Position numbers and translations under genes: made by a program. Below, piece after piece: positions 55,342-64,000 of a DNA stretch of 64,000 nt (its first letter is position 1; every line of letters begins with the position of its first letter). Where the stretch lies: sequence record PZ476263.1. One strand, written 5' to 3'. This DNA comes from a phage. The notes under the pieces were generated by a model. It was not told the DNA's origin. It did not search any database and saw only the letters and a program-made list of their open reading frames with translations.

Positions 55342-56420
55342 TAGAATACATGATGTCTCGTCTTCGTTCCAGTTCTTCTTACCCTTCACGAATGGTAATT
55401 AGTTGTAACCCTGATCCTGATCATTATCTTCGTAAGATGGTTGATTGGTATCTCGATAAGGATGGTTATCCTGATCCTACAAAGGATGGAGTCATTCGAT
55501 ATTTCGTTCGAGTTGATGACCAATACATGTGGGGCGAATCAGTAGAAGAGCTTAAGAAGCGGTACGGTAAGAAATGTAAGCCTGTTTCTTTTACATTTAT
55601 ATCTTCTACTATTTACGATAACCCACCAATGCTTATTAACAACCCAGACTATCTAGCACAGCTGGAAGGTCTTAATGAGGTTGACAGAGCAAGACTGTTA
55701 CACGGCAACTGGGATGCACGTCCTCAGGGTGCTAACTATTTTAAACGTTCTTTTCTTAAAGAGGTTGATGTTCTTCCTTTAGGTGTAGATAAGGTTAGAT
55801 CATACGATAAAGCAGGAACTGAACGTTCTACAGGTAATAAAACACCTGACTTTACAGCCGGAATCGGTGTGGCGAGAGATCAGGACGGAATTTATTATCT
55901 TTTTGGCGATTATTGTGAAGAGTTTGTTGATGAAGGTGATTGGTCTACTGGCAACCTTGGTAGGTTCTGTAAGAAAGCTGGTGAACGAGATACGATCATT
56001 ATGAAACAAGCAATTCATGACGGTGATGATGTTAGAATAATATTCCCTGTTGACCCTGGTCAAGCGGGTATTGCTGAATTCACTACATCTTCCCGAGAAT
56101 TATTAAATCAAGGATTCATTGTTGAGAAAGACCCAACTCCTGGTAACAAGAAGAAGCTTGTACGCTTCTCTCCGTTTGCTAACCTTGCTCAGAACGGATT
56201 TGTTAGGATTGTTAAAAAGTCTTTCCCTTTGGATACCTATGAAGCATTAATGAAAGAGCTTGAATCTTTCAATGGTGAAAGGTCAACAGGGACACGTAAA
56301 GATGACTGGGTGGATGCTATCTCAACCGGAATAAATTTCCTTGAGAAAACAGAAATAGTCAGGGCTGTTACAATACCACGACCTTCTGCCCCAACACTTT
56401 ATTCGAAGTATCGACGATAA
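55342..56420 (+). CDS. terminase large subunit, exon 3 (remaining ATPase and nuclease domains)
   Basis: Continues in phase (L)EYMMSRLRSSSSYPSRMVISCNPDPDHY…; 359 codons to TAA at 56418-20; immediately upstream of the portal gene. Confidence 0.65.
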
Positions 56421-56429
56421 CCGAGGGGA

Positions 56430-57962
56430 ATGATTTTGAAAAATAAGAAAAGTCGTAAAACTAATGTTCGCAAAGCAACTAGCGAAGAATTAAATGTTTC
56501 TCGTCTTCGTATGAGTGAACAAGGTACTTTTGCACTGGCTAAGGTTCAGATCGAAACTGAACGAATGAAAGCCGAAGAAATTAAATGGCCTCAGCTTATC
56601 GGTACTGTTGAAGCTATGAAGCAAGATGCTACGGTAGCGACTGGCCTTGATATGCTGTATACTTTCGTAGAAAAAGCATTTAAGGATTTTAAAGTTATTC
56701 CTGGTAAATCAAAAGAATCACAGGATGCTGCCGACTTTATCACTTATTGTTTGAAGAATATGGAAGGACAAACTCTTCGCCAGTTTGCTCGTGATGCTGC
56801 AACATTTAATGAATACGGAATCTCCGTAGTAGAAAAAGTTTATACGCAGATCCTTACTGGTGAATATGCTGGCAAGTTTAAAATTAAAAATCTTGCTTTC
56901 CGACCACAAGCGTCTTTAAGTCGTAAAAATCCTCTCGTATATAGCGATGACGGTTCTAGAGTAATTGGCGTTAAACAGACCCTTACTTCTTTCAAGAATT
57001 ACACAAATAGCGTATTGGGCAATAGTTCTGGATTTATTGGTTCTCGCAACGGTGATGATGTTATCATTCCTGCAAACAAGGTTATGATCATGACCACTGG
57101 CGGATCTTCGTCTCAGGCACTAGGCGTTTCACCTCTGGTTGCTTGCTATCGACCTTGGCGTGAAAAGGTTCTGATTGAAAACTTAGAAGTTGTTGGTGCT
57201 ACAAAAGATATGGGCGGTGTTATCGAATTAAAGATACCTTCTTCCATACTTAACAAAGCTGCAATTGACCCATCAAGCTACGAAGCTGAAATGGTTCAGG
57301 GTCTAATGGCTGACGCAGCCAACGCCCACTCTGGTGAGCAATCTTTCTTTATGCTGCCTTCTGACACTAAAGATAACGCTCCTTTATACTCAATGTCTCT
57401 GAAAGGCATTGACGGTATGGGTAAACAGTACAGCACTCGTGACCTTATCAGTGATCGTAAGAAATCAATCCTTGATCGTTTGGGAGCAGGATTCCTTAAC
57501 GTGGGTAATGATGATGCTGGTTCTTATAATCTGTCTGAGTCTAAGCAAACAATCCACACTCAATTTGTACAACGTGTAAATGAAATTATTGCTGAAGCAT
57601 TAAATGAGAATTTACTCCCTCAGCTTCTGGCATTAAATGGTATTCGCCTTGAACAAAAAGAAATGCCTTTCATTAAATTCGGTCAGATTGTTGACACAGA
57701 TATGGAAGGATTCTCCAAAGCTGTACAGCGTATGGGTGCTGTAGGTTATCTGCCTAAGACTCCAGAAGTAATCAATAAGATCCTTGACGTACTTGGAATT
57801 GATTATCAGTTGGCAGAAGATATTTCTCAAGAAGACCTTATGTTGCTTCTTGGAGATAATACCAGTCGTTCAGGTGATGGCTTTGCGCCAGGTTCGACAG
57901 GAAACGGGACTGGAAAGATTAGTGCTTCAAGAGACAATTCAATTTCTAACTTAGAAAATTGA
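56430..57962 (+). CDS. portal protein
   Basis: 510 aa; position directly after the terminase and before the scaffold/capsid genes; size typical of portals. Confidence 0.6.
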   Translation: MILKNKKSRKTNVRKATSEELNVSRLRMSEQGTFALAKVQIETERMKAEEIKWPQLIGTVEAMKQDATVATGLDMLYTFVEKAFKDFKVIPGKSKESQDAADFITYCLKNMEGQTLRQFARDAATFNEYGISVVEKVYTQILTGEYAGKFKIKNLAFRPQASLSRKNPLVYSDDGSRVIGVKQTLTSFKNYTNSVLGNSSGFIGSRNGDDVIIPANKVMIMTTGGSSSQALGVSPLVACYRPWREKVLIENLEVVGATKDMGGVIELKIPSSILNKAAIDPSSYEAEMVQGLMADAANAHSGEQSFFMLPSDTKDNAPLYSMSLKGIDGMGKQYSTRDLISDRKKSILDRLGAGFLNVGNDDAGSYNLSESKQTIHTQFVQRVNEIIAEALNENLLPQLLALNGIRLEQKEMPFIKFGQIVDTDMEGFSKAVQRMGAVGYLPKTPEVINKILDVLGIDYQLAEDISQEDLMLLLGDNTSRSGDGFAPGSTGNGTGKISASRDNSISNLEN

Positions 57963-58028
57963 TCTTTGCTTTAAATCAATCTCTTGCAAAACGTATCGTT
58001 CAGTGTTAAAATAAATATCACGGGAGCA

Positions 58029-58601
58029 ATGATGGAAAACATTACTATCTCCGACCTTCCTTCACATACCTATCTGTCTCGAATTCAAAAGAGTCGGGCT
58101 GTGAAAAAGGCCAATGAGCTACTTGAAAAGGGCTTCAATAAGGAAGCCTCTATATCAGGAGCCATTGGCTCCGTTCTTATTCAAAAATCCAATCAGCAAG
58201 AAGAAATGATTTCTTATGAAATTATTTACGAACCTGATACTCCTGACCTGCATGGTCAGTGGATGAGTAAAGAAACATTAGTTAAGGCGCAACAGGATTT
58301 CAAAAAGGCTCAAGAAATAGGGGCCGTAACTGAAAACCTTTATCACTTGGTTGATACCGAAGCATTCAAGATCGTAGATCATTGGATTCAGCCAGAATTT
58401 GATGTAACTGTCGCTGCGACAGGTGAAGTCATTAAAGCAGGATCTTGGGTAGCAAAAGTTCAATATACACCTGAAGCATGGGAATTGAAAAAGGCTGGCA
58501 TCGTCGGCGGATTATCTCTTCAATGTGGCGGGATGTTGAATGAAGAAACAAATGAGCTATCCGATCTTGATTTCAGTATCGCATTGGAAGAGGAAGAATA
58601 A
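58029..58601 (+). CDS. head morphogenesis protein (possible prohead protease)
   Basis: Between portal and scaffold; start at internal Met after gggag; acidic C-terminal tail; function by position only. Confidence 0.35.
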   Translation: MMENITISDLPSHTYLSRIQKSRAVKKANELLEKGFNKEASISGAIGSVLIQKSNQQEEMISYEIIYEPDTPDLHGQWMSKETLVKAQQDFKKAQEIGAVTENLYHLVDTEAFKIVDHWIQPEFDVTVAATGEVIKAGSWVAKVQYTPEAWELKKAGIVGGLSLQCGGMLNEETNELSDLDFSIALEEEE

Positions 58602-59686
58602 TGATTAAGACGTTGATAGAGAAAGGACGCAAGATTAAATCTCGCGGAATTGCTCTAACTCACAAAGACCAAGGTTACAGTGCTAATAATCGTCCTGTAA
58701 GCCTTCTCACCAAATCTGATATTGACCCGAATAAATTGACGGTTGATATTATCAAAACTTTAGAGCAAGTTCAGGTAACCCTGAGCATGGAAGAATTTCT
58801 TCGTAGATTCTTCGGTCTGTGGTCAGACGATGCTGAATTACTCGCAAAGATTCTGGGTTTTAAAACTGAATTTGAAGAGTATGTAGAAAATACAGACGAT
58901 CCTGATACATACGAAGAAGCTTATATTAAGCGTCATCAAGAATATATTGAAGAAAAGCTTACCACACTTTCAATTATCAACAAAGCAAAAGAAGGTGCTG
59001 ACCTTTCACTGTTGGAACGCTACGAACTAATTAAGACTCGTAAGCAATTCGAAGAAGGTTGTGCTGAACTGAATCTTGATTTTGGTGATACATCAACCTT
59101 ACGCAAGCCAGAAATTGATAAGGTAGAGAAATCTGCTGAATCTAAACCTGCAAGCTCCGCTGGAGCTACCACAACCATTAAGGAGACTCCTGTGGAAAAA
59201 GAAGTAGACGTGACTAAGTCTAAGCAATTCATTGACCTTATGAAAGCCAATGAAGCGCTGATGGCACAAGTACAGGGTATGCAAGAGACTTTCCTTGCTG
59301 CTCAAGATATCGTTAAAGCTCAAGCTGTTGCTAAACGTGAAATTGCAATCAACAAAGCTGCAAGCTTTGCATTTGTTGCTGAAGAACAGCGTGAAGCAGT
59401 TGCTGATCTGATTGAAGACCCAGCTAAAGCTACTGTTGTTGCTGTACTGGAAAAAGCCGCCGCCTCCCTGAAAGAAAAAGATGAAGCACTGGCAGCTAAA
59501 GACGCAGAAATCGAAGAGATCAAAAAATCCTTCGCTAATGGTGAAGAAACTGGTGCTGATGGTCAACTGACTGAAGTTGCTAAAGGTGCTGAAGATGCTC
59601 AAGCTCGCTTGAATCGTATTATCGCAGACCGCGCTGCTGAAATTGCTAAAGCTGCAAGTGGCACTTCTGAATTTATTAACGTCTAA
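58601..59686 (+). CDS. scaffolding protein
   Basis: 361 aa, strongly alpha-helical/coiled-coil and Ala/Glu/Lys-rich; upstream of decoration and capsid genes. Confidence 0.5.
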   Translation: MIKTLIEKGRKIKSRGIALTHKDQGYSANNRPVSLLTKSDIDPNKLTVDIIKTLEQVQVTLSMEEFLRRFFGLWSDDAELLAKILGFKTEFEEYVENTDDPDTYEEAYIKRHQEYIEEKLTTLSIINKAKEGADLSLLERYELIKTRKQFEEGCAELNLDFGDTSTLRKPEIDKVEKSAESKPASSAGATTTIKETPVEKEVDVTKSKQFIDLMKANEALMAQVQGMQETFLAAQDIVKAQAVAKREIAINKAASFAFVAEEQREAVADLIEDPAKATVVAVLEKAAASLKEKDEALAAKDAEIEEIKKSFANGEETGADGQLTEVAKGAEDAQARLNRIIADRAAEIAKAASGTSEFINV

Positions 59687-59706
59687 TTATCGAGGAAACA
59701 AATAGA

Positions 59707-60132
59707 ATGGCTAAAGCACACGTTGTAACTCTTGAAGGGAACTATTCCGATATCGTACTGGGCCGTGTTGTTGCATTTGGTGACACGGGTTGGAACTTTG
59801 AAGAAGTAGATATGGCATACACCGCTGACCTAGTGGCTGGCCTGCTGGTAGCTGCCGATGGTACTCCGGCTGCGGCTGCTGCTGATGTATACGGTGTTCT
59901 GGTTGACCGTAAAGTCCTGCCTGGTGTTACTAAGCATGATGGTGCAACCCCTATGGCTGGTGAAACCCTGCCTATGACTATCGCTGTTCGTGGTCTGACC
60001 CTGAACGCAACTAAACTGGTTTACGCTGATGGTAGCCCAATTGACGACGCTGGTAAGCTGGCTCTGTCTAAAGCTGGTAACCAAGTAACTGATCGTGTAG
60101 TAGCTACCGAATTCCTCGGCGCTATCCTGTAA
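59707..60132 (+). CDS. head decoration / small capsid protein (tentative)
   Basis: 141 aa, Gly/Ala/Val-rich, immediately upstream of the major capsid gene; host-optimal codon usage. Confidence 0.4.
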   Translation: MAKAHVVTLEGNYSDIVLGRVVAFGDTGWNFEEVDMAYTADLVAGLLVAADGTPAAAAADVYGVLVDRKVLPGVTKHDGATPMAGETLPMTIAVRGLTLNATKLVYADGSPIDDAGKLALSKAGNQVTDRVVATEFLGAIL

Positions 60133-60155
60133 TTATTTCGAAGGAGACATTTTAA

Positions 60156-61151
60156 ATGCAAAACGGTGATTTTCAAATTCTGGATTATACTGGCCTGATT
60201 CAAACCCTGCCGCGTGTTGATACCCTGCTGCAAAGCATGAATCTGTTCACTGAGAACTTTGGTCGTACTACTATCGCTAAAATCGAACGTCGTGATGACG
60301 GTGCTGGTCAGATCAATGCTGTTCAGCGTGGTAGCGTTCGTCAGCACCTGGGTAATGATCGTAAAAAGATCGCAAACCTGAACATCCCGTTCTTCCCTCT
60401 GGACCGTTCTATTGACCGTGCTGATATCCAGAACTTCCGTGAATTCGGTACGGATAATGCTCCGGCAACCGTAGAAGCTGAAGTTGCTCGTCACCTGGCT
60501 CGTATTCGTCGTAGCCATGCGGCACTGAAATCCAAAGCAATGTATGCTGCACTGAAGGGTACTTCTTGGTCCCCGAACGATCCGGTTTGTGATTACGACT
60601 ACTACGATGTTTGGGGTGTTACCCAGCAGACCGCCGATATCGACTTCACCGCTCTGGCGGTTGACCCGATTGAAGTTATCGAAGCTGAAGCTCGTGCTCA
60701 CATCATCGATTACGCTGGCGACAGTGGTGACAACTACGAAATCGTAGTTATGGCATCCCGTCAGTGGTTCTCTGCACTGATCGCTCACCCGCAGGTAACT
60801 GGTGCTTACTCTCAGTATCCGTCTACTCAGGAAGTTCTGCGTCGTCGTCTGGGTGGCAATGCTAACAACCGTATCTTCGAACACAAGAACGTGCTGTTCA
60901 TCGAAGATATTTCCGGTAACATCCCAGCTGGTGAAGCTTATATCTTCCCTCGTGGCATCGACCGTATGTTTGAAATCTACTACGCGCCGAGCGACACTCT
61001 GGAAGGTGCTAACCAAGTTGCACAGGAACTGTATGTATTCTTCAAAGAATCTCAGTACCTGCGTGAAGCTAAGATCGAATCTGAAACTTCCTTCCTGACA
61101 GTTAACAACCGCCCTGAGCTGGTAGTTAAGTCAACTGGTAAGTTTGAATAA
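60156..61151 (+). CDS. major capsid protein
   Basis: 331 aa; position after scaffold; strong SD aaggagac; host-optimal codons; followed by a strong terminator. Confidence 0.65.
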   Translation: MQNGDFQILDYTGLIQTLPRVDTLLQSMNLFTENFGRTTIAKIERRDDGAGQINAVQRGSVRQHLGNDRKKIANLNIPFFPLDRSIDRADIQNFREFGTDNAPATVEAEVARHLARIRRSHAALKSKAMYAALKGTSWSPNDPVCDYDYYDVWGVTQQTADIDFTALAVDPIEVIEAEARAHIIDYAGDSGDNYEIVVMASRQWFSALIAHPQVTGAYSQYPSTQEVLRRRLGGNANNRIFEHKNVLFIEDISGNIPAGEAYIFPRGIDRMFEIYYAPSDTLEGANQVAQELYVFFKESQYLREAKIESETSFLTVNNRPELVVKSTGKFE

Positions 61152-61167
61152 TTTTAATAACTATCTT

Positions 61168-61196
61168 AAAGGTCACCTTCGGGTGGCCTTTTTTAT
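61168..61196 (+). terminator. rho-independent terminator
   Basis: Hairpin aaaggtcacc-ttcg-ggtggcctt followed by tttttatt. Confidence 0.6.
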
Positions 61197-61275
61197 TATG
61201 CCTGTACATTTTGGATAAAATAGTGTACTATTATAAGATAGGCCCTTAATATAATCAATGACGAAGGAGTTATTA

Positions 61276-61887
61276 ATGTCTAAATCAACTCACTTAGAAA
61301 TCTTTCGAAGTGAATATCACATGCTCAAATTCTTTGGGGAATATCTTGAAAAGTTAGATGTTAATACATCTGCTCGATTGGGAGCTTTCCTTTATAGTTA
61401 TGACGGAAACTTAGTTCTGGCCCGTGGCCTTTATGATTTTCTTTCTCAAATGGAAAAAATGACTGCCTTGGGTATTGATGTTAAATCATCTACTCAGAAA
61501 GGTACTAGCTTCTTGGTATTTTTTAAAGAAAAACCAAAAGCCCCTGAAAAATTCCGTCAAGATGTTAAAAAGATTGAAGCTTTGAAAGAAGCAATTGTAG
61601 TAGCTACTCCAGCTAAAACTATGGAGGAGACTATCCTTGTTTCTACGAAAGTAGAAGAAGAGGGTAAATCTGAAGAGACTGTGGAAGTAGAAGAAAAAGT
61701 TGTTAAGTCTTCTCGTAGTCAAGAAGAAAAAGCAGAGATCTTAGCAAAAGCGGAAGAACTTCGTGATGACAGTAAGAAAGCTGCTGCAAAAGCTGCACTC
61801 GAAGCTTTCGGTATGGAACACGGTGTTTCTCTGAGCAAAGGTAAAACCTTTGATGCGATGTTGGAAGATTTAGCTGCTGCACTTTAA
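61276..61887 (+). CDS. hypothetical structural-module protein
   Basis: Start at Met after aaggag; 203 aa; Lys/Glu-rich C-terminal half. Confidence 0.45.
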   Translation: MSKSTHLEIFRSEYHMLKFFGEYLEKLDVNTSARLGAFLYSYDGNLVLARGLYDFLSQMEKMTALGIDVKSSTQKGTSFLVFFKEKPKAPEKFRQDVKKIEALKEAIVVATPAKTMEETILVSTKVEEEGKSEETVEVEEKVVKSSRSQEEKAEILAKAEELRDDSKKAAAKAALEAFGMEHGVSLSKGKTFDAMLEDLAAAL

Positions 61888-61940
61888 TCCCGCCTCAAGC
61901 CCCTACTCTGGGGCTTAAATTCCTAGGAGAAATTTAATAA

Positions 61941-64000
61941 ATGTCTGAATACAATGATAAGGTCGTAGAGGCTTTTGTTACTGCCCCAGATCCTGTCGTT
62001 ACTACCAGTGGTGGTGGAGTTATTTTTAACGGTATTGAAACTCGTGATACCGTTTCTACCACTTTGGTTGGTGATGGTACTGTAACTGCGCCTCTTCAAG
62101 CACAAATTCGTGTTTCTCGTCGAGCAGGTAACGCCCTTCAGGTAGTTCAAACTGAAAGTGAACAAGGTCTGTTTGCATCGGCAGGCGAAGCTAAAGTTTC
62201 CGTATCTGCTGTCAACGTTGCAAAATATGTTACAGCTGAAGAAGCTGCAAGTCAAGGTGATGCTGCACTGGAAGGTGTTTTAGTAGAACCTGTTCACTTA
62301 ACCACCACAGCAGCAACATCTGGATTACAGATCAGTGCAGATCCTCTGACTGGTAAAAAATCTCGAATCGGTCTTGTTGTTTCACCTGCTGCCACTAACG
62401 CACTGTCTTTAGAAGAAGATGGTTTGTCTGTTAAAGTGTCTCCAGCTATTGATAACAACATTCAAGTTCGTGAAGGTGCTCTGTATGTTCCTCCGAGCAA
62501 TGCAGAAGTATCTCCTGATTCCGACAACAAGCTTGAATTACGTTCCAATGGTCTTTATGTTGCCACTGTAAAAGGTGACAAAGGCGACCAGGGTGAACAA
62601 GGCCCAGCGGGTCCTCAAGGTGAAGTAGGTCCAGAAGGTCCGCAAGGTCCGGCTGGAGAGAAGGGTGACCAAGGTGAACAAGGACCTCAAGGTGACAAAG
62701 GGGATCAGGGCGTAGCTGGTCCAGCAGGTCCACAAGGTGCTCGTGGTCCAGAAGGTCCTCGTGGTGAAACTGGCTTGGGCATTAATGTTCTGAGTTCTTT
62801 AGACTCGGAAGATCAGTTGCCTTCTGTTGTTGATTTACAGAATGGTGATACCTATGTAATCGGACAAAACTTCTTTACTGTCATCACTGAAGGTGGTGTA
62901 AAACAGTGGAGAAATATTGGTAACTTCGCAGGCCCAGAAGGTCAATCTGCATTTGAAGTTGCTGAGACTGCTGGATTTGTTGGTACTGTAGATGATTGGT
63001 TAGCAAGTCTTCGCGGTGCTGATGGTATCGGTCTTCAGCTTCTTGGCGCTCTGCGTCGTGTGGAAGACTTACCGGAAGAAGGCAACCGACAAGGCGATGC
63101 TTATATCATTCAGGAACAAATGTATGTTTGGACTGGTGATGTAGATCGTTGGCAGATTGTAGGTCAGATTGGCCCAGAAGGTCGTTCTGCTTATCAGGTT
63201 TGGTTGGCGAATGGCAATACTGGATCACAAGTTGACTTCCTTAACTCACTCAAGGGTGAAAAGGGAGATACGGGTGAGCAAGGTCCTCAGGGGGAAAGGG
63301 GCGAAGACGGTAAAAACGCAAACGCAATCAACATCCTTGGTAGTGTAGCTGATGAAGCTTCTCTTCCAGAAGGCGCTGATGCAGGTGATGCCTACCTTAT
63401 TGGGACTAACGTCTTTGTATCAGACGGCGCTGGTAACTGGGAAAATTTGGGATCTTTCCAAGGCCCACAAGGTGATCAGGGTGTTAAAGGTGACAAAGGC
63501 GATAAGGGAGACAAGGGCGATAAAGGTGATAAAGGTGATGACAACTACACCATTGCTGTTGCTAACGGTTTCGTCGGATCTGTAACTGAATACCTTGCGT
63601 CCATTAAGGGTGAGAAAGGTGATGTAGGTGCAACTGGTCCCCGTGGTCTTACTGGTCCACAGGGTGAACAGGGTCCCGTCGGTGCTGGTCTGAATATTCT
63701 CGGATCTTTCGAGGATGAGTCTGAACTGCCAACTTCTGGAATTACCGAAGGTGATGCCTACCTGATCCAAGGATTCCTTTATATCTTTACTGGAGGTTCT
63801 TTTAAGAACGTTGGTGAAGTTAAGGGTCCTAAAGGAGATCAGGGCGATGTAGGACCTGCGGGTCCACAGGGTGAGCAGGGTATTGCGGGACCACAAGGCC
63901 AGCAAGGTTTAGTTGGACCTGCGGGTCCTCAAGGCGAGACTGGTCCACAAGGCCCAGAAGGTCCAGAAGGTCCTCAAGGTCCTCAAGGAGCGCAGGGTGA
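61941..64000 (+). CDS. collagen-like repeat fibre protein (partial, continues beyond window)
   Basis: SD ctaggag; long Gly-X-Y tracts (GDKGDQGEQGPAGPQGEVGPEGPQGPAGEKG…) alternating with repeated ~50-aa globular modules (…GDAYLIG…); no stop before 64000. Confidence 0.6.
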   Translation, partial: MSEYNDKVVEAFVTAPDPVVTTSGGGVIFNGIETRDTVSTTLVGDGTVTAPLQAQIRVSRRAGNALQVVQTESEQGLFASAGEAKVSVSAVNVAKYVTAEEAASQGDAALEGVLVEPVHLTTTAATSGLQISADPLTGKKSRIGLVVSPAATNALSLEEDGLSVKVSPAIDNNIQVREGALYVPPSNAEVSPDSDNKLELRSNGLYVATVKGDKGDQGEQGPAGPQGEVGPEGPQGPAGEKGDQGEQGPQGDKGDQGVAGPAGPQGARGPEGPRGETGLGINVLSSLDSEDQLPSVVDLQNGDTYVIGQNFFTVITEGGVKQWRNIGNFAGPEGQSAFEVAETAGFVGTVDDWLASLRGADGIGLQLLGALRRVEDLPEEGNRQGDAYIIQEQMYVWTGDVDRWQIVGQIGPEGRSAYQVWLANGNTGSQVDFLNSLKGEKGDTGEQGPQGERGEDGKNANAINILGSVADEASLPEGADAGDAYLIGTNVFVSDGAGNWENLGSFQGPQGDQGVKGDKGDKGDKGDKGDKGDDNYTIAVANGFVGSVTEYLASIKGEKGDVGATGPRGLTGPQGEQGPVGAGLNILGSFEDESELPTSGITEGDAYLIQGFLYIFTGGSFKNVGEVKGPKGDQGDVGPAGPQGEQGIAGPQGQQGLVGPAGPQGETGPQGPEGPEGPQGPQGAQG

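Noticed and set aside
54973-55389. 138-aa minus-strand ORF
   Set aside because: Lies across intron 2 and its flanking exons; the region is better explained as structured intron RNA.
53696-56420. Intein or programmed frameshift as the explanation for the interrupted terminase
   Set aside because: The interruption contains in-frame stops, a separately initiated HNH ORF with its own SD, and group I core elements; an intein would need a continuous frame, and a frameshift cannot bridge 0.9 kb.
59020-59602. Minus-strand ORFs antisense to the scaffolding gene
   Set aside because: Antisense to a GCT/GAA-rich gene; low-complexity Ser/Phe-rich translations.
60021-61016. 331-aa minus-strand ORF
   Set aside because: Exactly antisense to the major capsid gene; a long antisense ORF arising from biased codon usage of the sense gene.
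62446-63905. Minus-strand ORFs of 95, 65 and 161 aa in the collagen-like gene
   Set aside because: Antisense reading of collagen-like repeats; no RBS.

Overview
This window reads as a ~64 kb segment of a large virulent tailed dsDNA phage of an enterobacterial host (NrdA/NrdB/NrdD/NrdG and two tRNAs are very host-like; the gene content is reminiscent of Felix-O1-like or other large lytic coliphages, but that is from memory only). Layout: (i) 1-1300, a repeat-rich, apparently non-coding stretch; (ii) 1300-48590, one long minus-strand array of tightly packed early, replication and nucleotide-metabolism genes, including three RCC1-like repeat paralogs, an expanded small-protein family, a tRNA-related enzyme cluster, aerobic and anaerobic ribonucleotide reductases, ThyX, T4-like DNA ligase and endonuclease VII; (iii) 48590-48966, a divergent AT-rich control region with AGATCT/GATC iterons; (iv) 48967-64000, plus-strand small genes, a tRNA cluster, a spanin pair, then the head module: large terminase, portal, scaffold, decoration, major capsid and a collagen-like fibre that runs off the window end. 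The most striking feature is the large terminase gene, which appears to be split into three exons by two group I introns, the first carrying an HNH homing endonuclease. All calls rest on reading the sequence and on motif recall; no database search or RNA folding was run.
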